A stretch of DNA of 63,102 nucleotides, filler included, from Octopus bimaculoides (GCF_001194135.2; 5 parts of 5 records of this genome joined end to end with filler, not necessarily neighbours in it); one strand, 5' to 3'. Numbered from the whole stretch's first letter, positions 1 to 12,875 are shown. Numbers and translations are program-made. The notes: a model not told the origin generated them from the letters alone.

Positions 1-340
1 ATATGAGAAAGTTGGTATGTGAAAGCACGTGGTTGGATGTATAAAAGATAATAAGAGTGAAAAATCTACAGAAGGCTTGTGTTACATGGTTAAAGTATAT
101 ATTTAAATTATGTCAGAAAAATGTTAGAAATATGTTATAAAATCTTTTTGGTATATAAACATTGTATTTTGAGAAATAACCGGTTTCGTGTTGTCTTTTC
201 AAATTTCTCTACTTCATTGTAACGTGTTCGCTTCTAACTTTACTTGTGCATCAGAAAATCTTATTTATGTAATAAGATGCTCGGGCTGCATCTTATTACA
301 TAAGATGAAAAATACTTCTTTGCTGTTCTGGGCTTGTCCC

Positions 341-1011
341 TAAAATTCATATTTTTTCCATCCAAATGATTTAGAAGACTGCGGAATAAATTATAATCGG
401 ATGGGACAGTGTCCGGCGAATATGTTGGTTAGGGCATCGTTTGCATTCAAACTGCTCCAACCTTTGGAATGTCATCCTCGCTGTATGTGGCCGAGCATTA
501 TCTGGATGGAAGAACACCTTTCGTCTTGAAACCAAAAATGGCAATCTTTTATTCAACACTGACTGAAATCAACAGTTAATATAGGATATTGTTCCACCAG
601 GATTTGCAAGACATCCTCTTCGAACTCAACGGATCTTCGAGTATGAGGCTCGTCTTCTAGGCTGTCATTTCCGGCTCGAATTTCTGGAACCACCGTTGAC
701 ACTGGCTTGCGCTTATTCTTCGATCCCCATATACTGTATTAATATTCCACGCACTTTCAGCTGTACTGCTGCCTATATTGAACTCATAAAGCAAAATATG
801 CCAAATGTAGTCCTTCGTCACTTCCATTATAGCTTTGAAAAAATAACAACTAAAATCGAACTACACTCTTCAAAACTTGCACTAAGAATAAGTACAAGGT
901 AAAATTACTACCCGGTTTTACAGCAAGTAGATGCGCGTAGTTTGTGCCGCCCCCTCCGACTTTTAATTCATGCAATTGAAAGAACCGCATTATATATGGT
1001 ATGACCCAATA
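341..1011 (-). mobile_element. Internally deleted mariner (Tc1/mariner) transposon relic
   Basis: Minus strand gives QRWFQKFRAGN...EEDVLQILVEQ (HTH region), joined directly to VFFHPDNARPHTARMTFQRLEQF and later RSLLNHLDGKNMN. A terminal repeat at 985-1011 (reverse complement TATTGGGTCATACCATATATAATGCGG) matches the end of the copy at 15936. About 400 bp including the TGDEK motif is missing relative to that copy. Confidence 0.9.
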
Positions 1012-1067
1012 CACACACACATACACACACATATATATGCACGCATATATATATATGTATATATATA

Positions 1068-2281
1068 TTTTCCCAGAGGATGTAGCAACCGTTACCAATA
1101 TAGCATAAGAACTTACCTTAGGAGATCATTAATTAGATTCCTTAAGGGTCGTTCTCACAGTTTGAATATGAAAATTTAAAAGTTTAAAAACCTTATGATA
1201 TATATATATATATATATATATANNNNNNNNNNNNNNNNNNNNNNNNNNNNNNNNNNNNNNNNNNNNNNNNNNNNNNNNNNNNNNNNNNNNNNNNNNNNNN
1301 NNNNNNNNNNNNNNNNNNNNNNNNNNNNNNNNNNNNNNNNNNNNNNNNNNNNNNNNNNNNNNNNNNNNNNNNNNNNNNNNNNNNNNNNNNNNNNNNNNNN
1401 NNNNNNNNNNNNNNNNNNNNNNNNNNNNNNNNNNNNNNNNNNNNNNNNNNNNNNNNNNNNNNNNNNNNNNNNNNNNNNNNNNNNNNNNNNNNNNNNNNNN
1501 NNNNNNNNNNNNNNNNNNNNNNNNNNNNNNNNNNNNNNNNNNNNNNNNNNNNNNNNNNNNNNNNNNNNNNNNNNNNNNNNNNNNNNNNNNNNNNNNNNNN
1601 NNNNNNNNNNNNNNNNNNNNNNNNNNNNNNNNNNNNNNNNNNNNNNNNNNNNNNNNNNNNNNNNNNNNNNNNNNNNNNNNNNNNNNNNNNNNNNNNNNNN
1701 NNNNNNNNNNNNNNNNNNNNNNNNNNNNNNNNNNNNNNNNNNNNNNNNNNNNNNNNNNNNNNNNNNNNNNNNNNNNNNNNNNNNNNNNNNNNNNNNNNNN
1801 NNNNNNNNNNNNNNNNNNNNNNNNNNNNNNNNNNNNNNNNNNNNNNNNNNNNNNNNNNNNNNNNNNNNNNNNNNNNNNNNNNNNNNNNNNNNNNNNNNNN
1901 NNNNNNNNNNNNNNNNNNNNNNNNNNNNNNNNNNNNNNNNNNNNNNNNNNNNNNNNNNNNNNNNNNNNNNNNNNNNNNNNNNNNNNNNNNNNNNNNNNNN
2001 NNNNNNNNNNNNNNNNNNNNNNNNNNNNNNNNNNNNNNNNNNNNNNNNNNNNNNNNNNNNNNNNNNNNNNNNNNNNNNNNNNNNNNNNNNNCTAAAATTT
2101 ATTTTGCTGCCCTATGATTAATAATGATATATATATATATGTATATATATATTTTCCCAGAGGATGTAGCAACCGTTACCAATATAGCATAAGAACTTAC
2201 CTTAGGAGATCATTAATTAGATTCCTTAAGGGTCGTTCTCACAGTTTGAATATGAAAATTTAAAAGTTTAAAAACCTTATG
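1068..2281. repeat. Identical 130-bp block on both sides of an N gap (1068-1197 and 2152-2281)
   Basis: TTTTCCCAGAGGATGTAGCAACC...AAAACCTTATG appears twice, each copy flanked by (TA)n. Probably an unmerged overlap or haplotig, possibly a tandem duplication. Confidence 0.85.
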
Positions 2282-2353
<72 letters not shown>

Positions 2354-2508
2354 GAATGCATGCATGCATGCATGTATGTATGTATGTATGTATGTATGTA
2401 TGCATATATGTATCTGTGCATATGTATGTGTGTGTGTGTGTTTCTGTGTTTGTTCATATTCACACTTGCTTTTCTGTTTCTCTATGTAGCTCCTCCGGTA
2501 CCACCGCC

Positions 2509-3965
2509 ATGTTTAATACTTGTGCTTTGCAAATCTATTCATCTTCCTCTTCCTCTTCCTCAAAGCGTTTCGGAACCATAGTTTCACTTTGCTTTCTTAT
2601 TGTTTTTCCTTCTCTCTATTTGTCATTAGCAAGGCAAGATTTTTAAGAGAAGAGTTGATAGATATTAATCTGCTGCACCGTATTTTACTCACATCAGGTA
2701 TCGAAATTGACTCATCTCCTGATCTTCGTCAATTTATCGGAATGTTTAATATTGTGGATGCTAATTCAACACTGTGTTTCAATCCTTTGATGCTACACTA
2801 TGCACCAAATTATTTTCCCTTCCTAATGATGCAAAAAGAGTCTTGACTCAGGCAAACAATTTGATTATCATATAAAGTAAAATACTTTCCAACCTCATTG
2901 CTTCATATCCACAGATTTTGCAAATATTGCAGGTAAAAAGACATCTTTACTATTATTAAAACTCCCACGGCTCATGTTGCTCCAGGTTCTTTCAAGAGGA
3001 ATTTAATTCATAAAAAGGACTATAATAACTTTTTCAAAGCGGCCCAATGAGGGGAATCTGGATATCCCTATTACGGAAGGTCACTAGTTAGTGCAGAATC
3101 AAAAAAATACTTGTTTGACCGCAAGAAATTGCCAGAAGATGGAAAAGTCCCTTATGTCCACTCCTGTTTTTTTTTTGTTGGCACTCCGTCGCTTACGACG
3201 TCGAGGGTTCCAGTTGATCCGATCAACGGAACAGCCTGCTCGTGAAATTAACGTGCAAGTGGCTGAGCACTCCACAGACACGTGTAGCCTTAACGTAGTT
3301 CTCGGGGATATTCAGCGTGACACAGTGTGACAAGGTTGACCCTTTGAATTACAGGCACAAAAGAAACAGAAATTAAGAGTAAGTTGTGGTGGAAGAGTAC
3401 AGCAGGGTTCGCCACCATCCCCTGTCGGAGCCTCGTTGAGCTTTAGGTGTTTTCGCTCCATAAACACTCACAACGCCCGGTCTGGGAATCGAAACCACGA
3501 TCCTATGACCGCGAGTCCGCTGCCCTAACCACTGGGCCATTGCGCCTCCACTCCTGTACCTGATATTTAAAGCGCATATCAATATTGAATTCTGAAATTC
3601 ATTAACATTCATTAAGTACATCTAAGTTCTGATGTGACCATGCTTGTATTGACTTAGCACAACATCTACTGTGAGGTTACTTTATTTAAGCAAAGTTTAT
3701 GTATAACTGAAGTTACACTTTTTGATCCATGTTTTGATTCACATTCATGAGGCTATTCTAATATTCCACATGTTGGGTTGGCAAATGTCCAGGAAGTTTA
3801 CTTGTTTCAAGACACTACAGCACACAAGCAAAATTGTCGAATGGATATAAATCTAATAGACTATTTCAATCAAAGCATAATATTATGAGCATGGTTGTTA
3901 TATGAGTGAACTTTAGCTCAGTGTTAAAAAGCTCTTGCTGAAGTTTCAACAATCAGTCCCAACGG
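2509..3965 (+). pseudogene. Decayed coding-like sequence of unknown identity, interrupted by a SINE
   Basis: ATG at 2509 in context CCACCGCCATG. A hydrophobic N-terminus (KRFGTIVSLCFLIVFPSLYLSLA) is followed by long protein-like stretches needing at least 3 frameshifts and several stops. No family recognised. Confidence 0.35.
3168..3546 (-). mobile_element. Full-length tRNA-derived SINE (family C, Arg-like head) with TSD
   Basis: Head GGCGCAATGGCCCAGTGGTTAGGG...GGTTTCGATTCC carries the A and B boxes. There is a poly(A) tail and an 11-bp TSD TCCACTCCTGT at 3157-3167 and 3547-3557. Confidence 0.92.
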
Positions 3966-4419
3966 ATGAAGCCGGTATAGATGTCGGATATCCAGATGTC
4001 GTCTTCAATGAGCTCCTTATCGTCAAGTTCAAAGCCATAATGCCAAAGAATTTCAAAAGTTCGACCACCCTCATTCTAATTACATTGTCGTTAATAAGTT
4101 AGCAATACAAAACTTAAAAGATCCATACTACATTAATATATTAGAAGCATATGTTAATGCCAATGAACACAAGTACATTTCAGATCACATGGTTTCCTTT
4201 TCTACTATATTTGAGAGAGCTCAACAGCAAGATTATTCAAATATAGTTAAAATTTACTTGATTGCAAAGCCACATTATAACACATTATGATCAATAATAT
4301 TTTCAAGCTTAATATTACTGTTTTCACAATAACTTAATATTTTGTGACTATTTAATATGATTGAATTTGACACTTGTCATTTATACAATTATATTACGCA
4401 ATATACTGTTAATTTTCAT

Positions 4420-4618
4420 TTCAAATTTCAGCAATTTTGTTGGATGGTGTAAGTCGATTCCATAAACCTCAGTGTTCAAGTGGTACTTATTTTATCGAAA
4501 TCGAAAGAATGAAAGCAAAGTCGATCTGGGCGGAATTTGAACTCAGAATGTAAAGTCGGATGAAATGCGTGTAAGCAATTTTCCCGGCGTGCTAGCGATT
4601 TTGCCAGCTCACCGTCTT
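4420..4618 (-). mobile_element. tRNA-derived SINE, family B
   Basis: Reverse-complement match to the family-B pattern of the 28048 copy (GAGCTGGCAGAA...GAGTTCAAATTCCGCC...TTTGCCTTTCATC...TAAGTACCA). Confidence 0.85.
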
Positions 4619-4980
4619 AAATATATTATTAATATTGAGTTCGTATATTTTCCACTGGGTATTAGACTTCTGTACACGTATATACAAGTATTGGAAAGCT
4701 GTTTCCTTTCTTGCAGTACAGATACGTTTTTATGAGAAATCGAATGTTTTGCATTAATTCAACCAGAATTATTACAGACAAATTATAAAATACCATTCAT
4801 CATACACAACAGTTAATTTTCTTGTGTGTATCCCTGCAATCTCTCTCTGTTCCTCCCTCTCACTATCTCTCATACACACACAAACACATACACACACATT
4901 CAAACACACATACATATATACTTATTGGTAATACTTAAATCCGTATTTATTGTTACTCATATTATTACGGTAGATCATAT

Positions 4981-5493
4981 TTAAAATTCATTGTCAAGTT
5001 TATTGATAAAGACTCCTCGATATACTGCAACGCTCAATACACTATATTTAATAACAAGATGCATTAACTCACAAAATCCGTAGCCGACGCCCATATAGTT
5101 AGATGGCACATGTTCCTCATAAATACATCTACAGATTGTTGAAAGATTTGTGAGATCCTATAAACCAGAAAATATACATTTACTAATCATCGATTTTAGT
5201 GAATATGTAGTGCCTACGCACATGTTTATAACTCGTACACTTCCATACTTGAAATTTCATGTAAATAGAAGCTGATGCAAATACATTTCTGAATATATTT
5301 AGCTAATTACATTCAAATATATCCATAGATATACTGATGCAAACACTCAATGGCATACACACATGTGCCATCTAACCACCAGGGCATGAGCTATGGATTT
5401 TGTGAGTTAATGCATCTTGTTATTAAATATAACATGTTGAGTGTTGCAGTATATCGAGGACTCTTTATCCATAAACTTTACAATGGATTTTAA
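4981..5493. repeat. Fold-back/MITE-like element with 133-bp inverted arms
   Basis: 4981-5113 is the reverse complement of 5361-5493 (about 87% identical by manual alignment). The spacer is about 250 bp and both ends finish in TTAA. Confidence 0.9.
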
Positions 5494-5749
5494 ACATGGA
5501 GAAGAGGAGAGGTTATAATTTATTTTAGAATCTCTAAAATTGGGGTGAGAAGGAAAAACAGAAAAGTGCAACTCACCTTAGAGGAAACCTACCTGCTATG
5601 CAGTCATCTCAAATTCAAAATCACGTTATAACAGAAAACGTCTTAACAACTTTTCATATCTACACCCTAAAGTGTAGTACATAAAAAACTCACAAAATCA
5701 TTTTTCACAAACATGTATCTATTGTTGTAGATTACTTGAATGAGGGTGA

Positions 5750-6480
5750 GGGATTTAAAATGTAGAAACATAAGAGGTTTCAAGAGAGTCAGGATGAAAC
5801 TGGGGTAGCTAATGATCTTCTATGATTGCATACACATGTACAATAAGAACGTTTAAAGAAGCAATGGTACTTGTGGCTTCGGAAGAAGCAGAACGAAAGT
5901 AATTTTCGGAGGTTGGCTGGTAGAGTGCAGTAAGTGATAGTGTTTGCACCTATGTTTTCTTGCCTAGTGTGTAAATATTTATGAAAGAAGAGGGTTGCAA
6001 GTCAAATCATATTTAGCTGGAGATGGTTATGGTAAAGCGGGTTCATTATAAGTTGAGCTGCGTTTAATCAAGTATAATGGAATGTATTGTATAAAAAAAT
6101 ACTTACAATCGAACAGGGTTAGAGGGATGGAAGTCTTGAGACTCATAGTTGATTGAGATGAGAGACTTCCATATAGTTTCATGGAACATTGCAGTAACGG
6201 AGGGAGAATTGTCTTCAGGTACGTCCATGTTTTTTTCCTGCAAAGCTTGACATGACACATATTTTTGTGAAATAAGTTGATATTTTAGTAGAGTAATATT
6301 TACTGACATCAACTACGGTGGATGTCTTGCGTCTAAAGTTCTTCTTTGTACTTCAACAAGATCATTGATCCCTTGTGATTTACTCCCCTTGATTCCTTGA
6401 GCTAATCTCCACTTCGTGTACGCTGCCTTTAGCAAACCCAACTAGGTTTCTATTCACTTTGTCTTCAAACAAAGAAAATT
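5750..6480 (-). pseudogene. Decayed coding-like stretch or exon candidate
   Basis: One minus frame reads LLKAAYTKWRLAQGIKGSKSQGINDLVEVQRRTLDARHPP*LMSVNITLL...EKNMDVPEDNSPSVTAMFHETIWKSLISINYESQDFHPSNPVRL. It contains ctttgcag and gtaagt splice-like sites bounding 6107-6237. Confidence 0.25.
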
Positions 6481-7151
6481 TCAATGAAAGGCGAAAATAT
6501 TTAGTATGGTGTTTAAAATAACTTTTTCCTCGTTTTCTTTTTTTTTTGGTGGGGGTGGCAAATTTATGTCACTGTTAATTCTGAGCCCTATCTCATGGCT
6601 CACATTTATTACGTGCACGCACGCGTGCATACACTCGCACGCACCCCCCCCTCTCCACGCACACACTCATGCATATGTATATACAAGGCAAGGTATAAAT
6701 AATGGTCATTACCTATATTCTATTGAGAGTAAATTTATACGTATAGTATTATTCTAACTATGCTTGTTCTTTTTCAAAATATTGTAAAAATATATTCGTT
6801 CAACAATTATAACATTGTAGGTTGTGCAAATATTTACGCTTTAAAATCTAAATGTTTATACTAAGCTATGTTTAACATTTACAAGACTTAACGCGAAAAA
6901 AGAAAACAAAAAAAAAACAAACGGTTGTTTGAGTTATAAAGTTTTAGTTATGAAATAGATTGAAAGCAAACTGATAACATCGTCGAGACAAAGTTTTCAG
7001 TTGTTTCTGCAACAAACATTATTAATGATATTTTGTTTATTTCTTCATTTACGTTTGGCTACAAAAATTAGTGTTATCTTTGGCTGTAGATACACATAGT
7101 GGTACTATATATTCTTTTACTTTAGCTGGTGTCTGTAACTTGTATGTATTC

Positions 7152-7197
<46 letters not shown>

Positions 7198-8402
7198 NNN
7201 NNNNNNNNNNNNNNNNNNNNNNNNNNNNNNNNNNNNNNNNNNNNNNNNNNNNNNNNNNNNNNNNNNNNNNNNNNNNNNNNNNNNNNNNNNNNNNNNNNNN
7301 NNNNNNNNNNNNNNNNNNNNNNNNNNNNNNNNNNNNNNNNNNNNNNNNNNNNNNNNNNNNNNNNNNNNNNNNNNNNNNNNNNNNNNNNNNNNNNNNNNNN
7401 NNNNNNNNNNNNNNNNNNNNNNNNNNNNNNNNNNNNNNNNNNNNNNNNNNNNNNNNNNNNNNNNNNNNNNNNNNNNNNNNNNNNNNNNNNNNNNNNNNNN
7501 NNNNNNNNNNNNNNNNNNNNNNNNNNNNNNNNNNNNNNNNNNNNNNNNNNNNNNNNNNNNNNNNNNNNNNNNNNNNNNNNNNNNNNNNNNNNNNNNNNNN
7601 NNNNNNNNNNNNNNNNNNNNNNNNNNNNNNNNNNNNNNNNNNNNNNNNNNNNNNNNNNNNNNNNNNNNNNNNNNNNNNNNNNNNNNNNNNNNNNNNNNNN
7701 NNNNNNNNNNNNNNNNNNNNNNNNNNNNNNNNNNNNNNNNNNNNNNNNNNNNNNNNNNNNNNNNNNNNNNNNNNNNNNNNNNNNNNNNNNNNNNNNNNNN
7801 NNNNNNNNNNNNNNNNNNNNNNNNNNNNNNNNNNNNNNNNNNNNNNNNNNNNNNNNNAAAGTGAGAGAAAAGTGCTCAAAGAAATATACACGCCTCCATA
7901 TACGCACTGGAAAATATTTATTATCAAACAAAGTTTTATGCTATTTCTCTTGTTACTGTCTCCTACTTGCTTCCAAATATTCAAAACGCTGAAGTAAGGA
8001 AGCAACCAATAATTAATAAGATAAAGCGTGCTTGTTCACCATCCAAATACGATAAGGCATCGTAATTTGATTGGTTCGCCAAACTTGTAGAAAATACGTC
8101 AAACAGCCTTTGATTCGACTATATGACAGTTGAATAATCATATATGCGGTGGTATTACAAACGTTAATTCGGAAGGCTTCAATTGTTTTTTAAATCTCGG
8201 TGGAGTTATGAATAATTAATTCCGCAAACTTAAATTTACATCAGTACGAGTCATCAGTACGAACATATATGTCAACAGTTCAGCCCAGCCCAGATATATA
8301 TATGACATTTTGGAACGTGTGATCGGACTGCTGATTTCACTACATTTAATCGTTAGAATGAAGATTATTTCGTATCTTATTTCAGTGCTTCTGACCATAG
8401 CA

Positions 8403-8473
<71 letters not shown>

Positions 8474-8495
8474 CATTATTATTATTATTATTATT
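8403..8495. repeat. (ATT)n microsatellite
   Basis: Direct inspection. Confidence 0.97.
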
Positions 8496-10124
8496 TGCTC
8501 TAAGAAAGCTGTTAAATTATTTAATAGTAAAAATATACTCCAATTGTAGTCATTAAATTGATATTTTATCAGATAGCACACATTTATTAAACTGATATTA
8601 CAAATCGTAACACACATAAAATTGTCGTGCATACTACCGTGCTGTAGCCCGTAATTTAGAAGTTAATGCAATGTAGAATGTTATCAGTAGGAAAGTCTGT
8701 TCTGGGACAAATATAAAATATTCTAACATTGGGAAAGAAAACTTCTCACCTACCAAAATAATTAAAAAAAAACCATGAAAATCCCAAAGCGAAACGGCTG
8801 CTTCTTAGATATCTTAACCAAAATTTCTGCTAAATGTAAGCACAAGTGTCGGTCTATTTGTTTGCGGCAGAAAACGAAAAGGGTATAATGATATAAAGAT
8901 CGACCTTCACAGCATAGGTATACCAGGCTTTTGTGATCAACTGTTTCAAAACCTATCTATACAGATTTCATGAATGCTGCTAATTTAATCTATAAGCTGG
9001 ATCATACAATTATATAGAATTTAAAAATATTTCAGCAATAACCTTTTTATACGTATTTGAATTTCCATAACGATGGAGTCTTTTTCTTACTTGGACGCCA
9101 GTAACTCCGTTAAATGAATAGTTCAATGGTTAAGAAGGAAAATAATTATGCACTCGGATACAAACTAAAGACATAGACACGAGTAACCCAATGATAGTAT
9201 GTACATTGATAAAATGTCACCAGCATACTCTTATACAGAACGTTACAGGCAATAACTGAAAACATATATCTAAACCATTGTTGAACAGAGAAATATTTAA
9301 TATATCTACCTTGTACTAAAATAGAGCCCTCGTTAGAAGAGACTTTAACGACAAGCTAAAGTATATTAAGTCACCTATGTAAAGTCATAATGAATGCACA
9401 ACTACAAAAATATGACCTTCTATACCTCCCGTAACTTAACTATTTCTATAAACGTAACATTAATATGCAGATCTCAAGTCCACGACTCACAAATATAAGA
9501 ATATCTTCAATAAAATTCTGCCAGCTAAGCTACCTTATCCACAATGAAAAATCCATAAACGCCGCATAAAATATCCGAAAGGTATGTAACTGAAGAGAAT
9601 GGCTCAGATATGACTTTTGAAAGGTAAAAAATAGGGAGAAGTAGAATCATCAAACAGCTCAGAGGTAAGATTAATGGAGTACAATTTGGAAACTACATTC
9701 ACATAATGTAGCCAATTTTTCCGATCCGGGAAATGTCAACGATCTACATTAAAACTGAAAATACATTTGCATTTTAGACAGAGGAACGCAGTGCCATAAT
9801 AACATTAAGTATTATATTATCACAAACAGATACGTATGCAGCGGGAACAATTGGAAAATTTAAGATCATACGAATGCTTGTTCATACCCTGAATATAAGA
9901 GGGAAAATAAACATCTTTATTATTTTTGCCACACACAAAGAAAAACTTTGAGTTCTTAAATATATTCCGTAAATTTAAATAGCAAGCGTTCTGAATCAGC
10001 AAACCAAATTGTGCTTAGTTAGCATTTCGCCATCAAAATTTAAATTAGAAAGCGAATTATCTCTTCAATGAACTGGATATGTCTTCATTTCAGAAGAACG
10101 TGTATCGATATCTTATTTTGCTGT

Positions 10125-10325
10125 AAGGAAACGCGCTAGCAGAATTGTTAGCACGCCGCGCAAAATACTTTGCTTCACTTCGTCCGTTCTTAGGTTCTGA
10201 GTTCAAATTCTTTCGAGGTTGACTTTGCGTTCATCCTTTCGAAGTCGATAAAATAAGTACTAGTTGAGCATTGAGGTTGGATGTAATTGACTTAACCCCT
10301 CTCCCGGAAATTCTCAACTTTCAAA
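10125..10325 (+). mobile_element. SINE family B copy
   Basis: CTAGCAGAATTGTTAGCACGCCG...TCTGAGTTCAAATTC...GTCGATAAAATAAGTAC. Confidence 0.85.
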
Positions 10326-10607
10326 CTAATGTTTTACTTTGATGAGGCAATTACTTGGGCATACCAACTATTATATGTAATTCGCATAAGTTTACGTAAC
10401 GCATGAAGGAGTGAGTTATGTCCTTCAAATATTGTCTTTCACACAAAAGTGGTGGCAGTCTGACCTAGCGCGGTAGTATTGATATTCCCAGAACAAGCAT
10501 AGCGTATGTTAGTCAACAAGCATGATTATATTCTACGGCTTCCGTTGATTATAAATCTCTTACATGCTATAAACAATATACACCCAAATATATGTATCTA
10601 TATATGC

Positions 10608-10663
<56 letters not shown>

Positions 10664-12634
10664 TATATATACACATATACATAATTTAACCTCTTTCAAT
10701 CATTGATCCTTACATGCCGGTGCGTCATGTCGAATTTATTTACTGATTATATCGAACGTTTTTCTAAAAGATACTAATCTCTGAATACGCTTGGCATTAC
10801 AGTCTCAGCTAGCTTTTCAGCTTGATGAATCATAAATACGTACTAAAAAGCATATATCCTATAACCACATCTAGCAGTCATTATTATCAGTACCTGTTCA
10901 AATAACGTGTGGATGATTCTTTTGTCCCTTTCTTAAATTCTTTTCTTCATTGACATGAAGAATGATGAAAATGCTGATATCTTCTTGCGTACTGATTTAA
11001 TATACTGATTCGAATTATATATCTTTATTGAACATTTTTAAGAACCATGCAAGTGCATCCTGTGTGTTTTGTTTCTTCGTTTGAAAAATGCTACTTTCTA
11101 AATAAAGTATTATAACTTTTATGTGATTGTAATGTGAGGGAAAGCGACACTGGACGAGTTAAAATAAAATTTGATAAACCTGTATGTAAGCCACCAATCA
11201 TTACTGCCAGCCTTTTACGCCTTTCTGTATACCTCCCTTTCTTTCGCTGTCTGTCTTATTTCTAATCTTCTAAAGGGAAGATGACATTTCATAAGGTAGT
11301 TTTGAAAAGTAGGGCTTTCCGCATTAGTTTTGACTATATATATCTGCCTGATAGAGTAAGGTATTTTATGTGATACCTAGGGATGCAAGTTATCCGTTTC
11401 TGCGTAAAATATATATTCCAACGAAAGATCATCACTTGGTACTGATAGAGATTTTCCCCAGGGTCATCGCTGTCAGAGTATAAGGATACAGAACTAAAAC
11501 TGCAGTACACTTGTCCAGCGTGCTAATATTTTTCGCAATTCAACGTTCCGGTTTGGTATTTTAATCGATCTCTCAGGATGACAGGTAATGTGGACGTCGA
11601 TGTCATGTAAACTCAAAGCGTAGAAAATATATAAAGCGAAGCATCCTACCAACGCTCTAATAAACCTGCTGATTATTCCCCTTAGTTCTGAACCCGCAGA
11701 GTCTAACAGAACGGCGCTAGAATCATGACTGAAAAACATTTGACCATAGATCTGTTCAGTTGAAATAAACACGAGAACAGCAAAATGACATACATATCCC
11801 AGATCCCAAGGAAAGGAACACATGAAACTTCGTGGGGGTTAGAACACAGGTAGAAAAGTGTTAATGAGAGCTGTGAAATTAGATACTGTAAGGCATCCAT
11901 TACAGTTATTTTATTTCTGACAATTCACCGGCGTCTCTAAATAATTAACACAATATCATAAATTTCATCATGATAAAAAAGAACTTTATCAAAACAACAA
12001 AACAGAATTAAATCAACAAGTAGAAGCAAAAGAAGAAAGAGAAAGAGGAAATTGAAAATTATTACAACTAAATGTGAAAACAATAAAACACAATATAACT
12101 GAATGAAGCGCACTAATTGTGCCATTAAATTGAAAGGTATGGTTGAAGATTGGCAACGATTAATTTAGTTCCTTTCATCATACCATGAATAATTAGGCTT
12201 TACTAAGATAAGGTTAATTGAAACATGAAATGAAAATATAACGACTATCACAACAACGGCAGCATTGACGTCGTCAGTGATAATATTGATGATGACGATG
12301 TTGATTATAAACGATAAAGTTGGTGGTGATTATACCGCTGTTGATGTTCATAAGGGTACTGTAGATGTAGTTGGCGATGATGGTGCCAACTGCATGTTAC
12401 GCATAAGGGTTAACATGTAATGGCGCTAATAGAATTTGTATCATATTGATTGCGTGTTCAACCTTTGAATAGAATAGCGGCAAGACAAAAATTGAACGAT
12501 AATGTATCACTGGTACATACTTTATAGATTTCATAGAGAACAAAGAGTGAAATTTGAATCTGTGATTCTGGTATAGTGTGATTGTATAGGAAGAAGTAAA
12601 ACTGAATTCACGTAAAATATTTAGAATGGCTTTA

Positions 12635-12644
<10 letters not shown>

Positions 12645-12699
<55 letters not shown>

Positions 12700-12750
12700 G
12701 TCTGTCTGTCTGTCTGTCTATTTATCTATCTATCTATCTATTTATTTATC
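12645..12750. repeat. (TATC)n/(TGTC)n microsatellite
   Basis: Direct inspection. Confidence 0.95.
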
Positions 12751-12875
12751 TAGCTACCTATCTATATGTAGATAGGTAGATATACCTAAAATCTCCAACA
12801 AGTTAAGGAGATAGACAAAGAACATCTTGCCTCTTCTACAACAAACAAGTTGATAAATTGTCAAGAAGACAATTT

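Noticed and set aside
1068-2281. Direct repeats flanking gaps (also 44070-44409) as possible LTRs
   Set aside because: They are 100% identical, abut N gaps and lack TG..CA ends, PBS or PPT, so they are most simply assembly overlaps.
3470-3546. tRNA-like sequence, also at the heads of other SINEs
   Set aside because: It has A/B boxes and an Arg-like arm but no complete cloverleaf, and continues into a SINE body with poly(A) and TSD.
7860-8200. Possible very old Penelope fragments (also 53040-53110)
   Set aside because: Only short IQLSYS or IYCG-like matches, which is insufficient without a profile search.
11494-11900. 109-aa minus-strand ORF in repeat-free sequence
   Set aside because: No recognisable motif or convincing splice pair. 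It could be regulatory or UTR sequence, but I cannot support a call.
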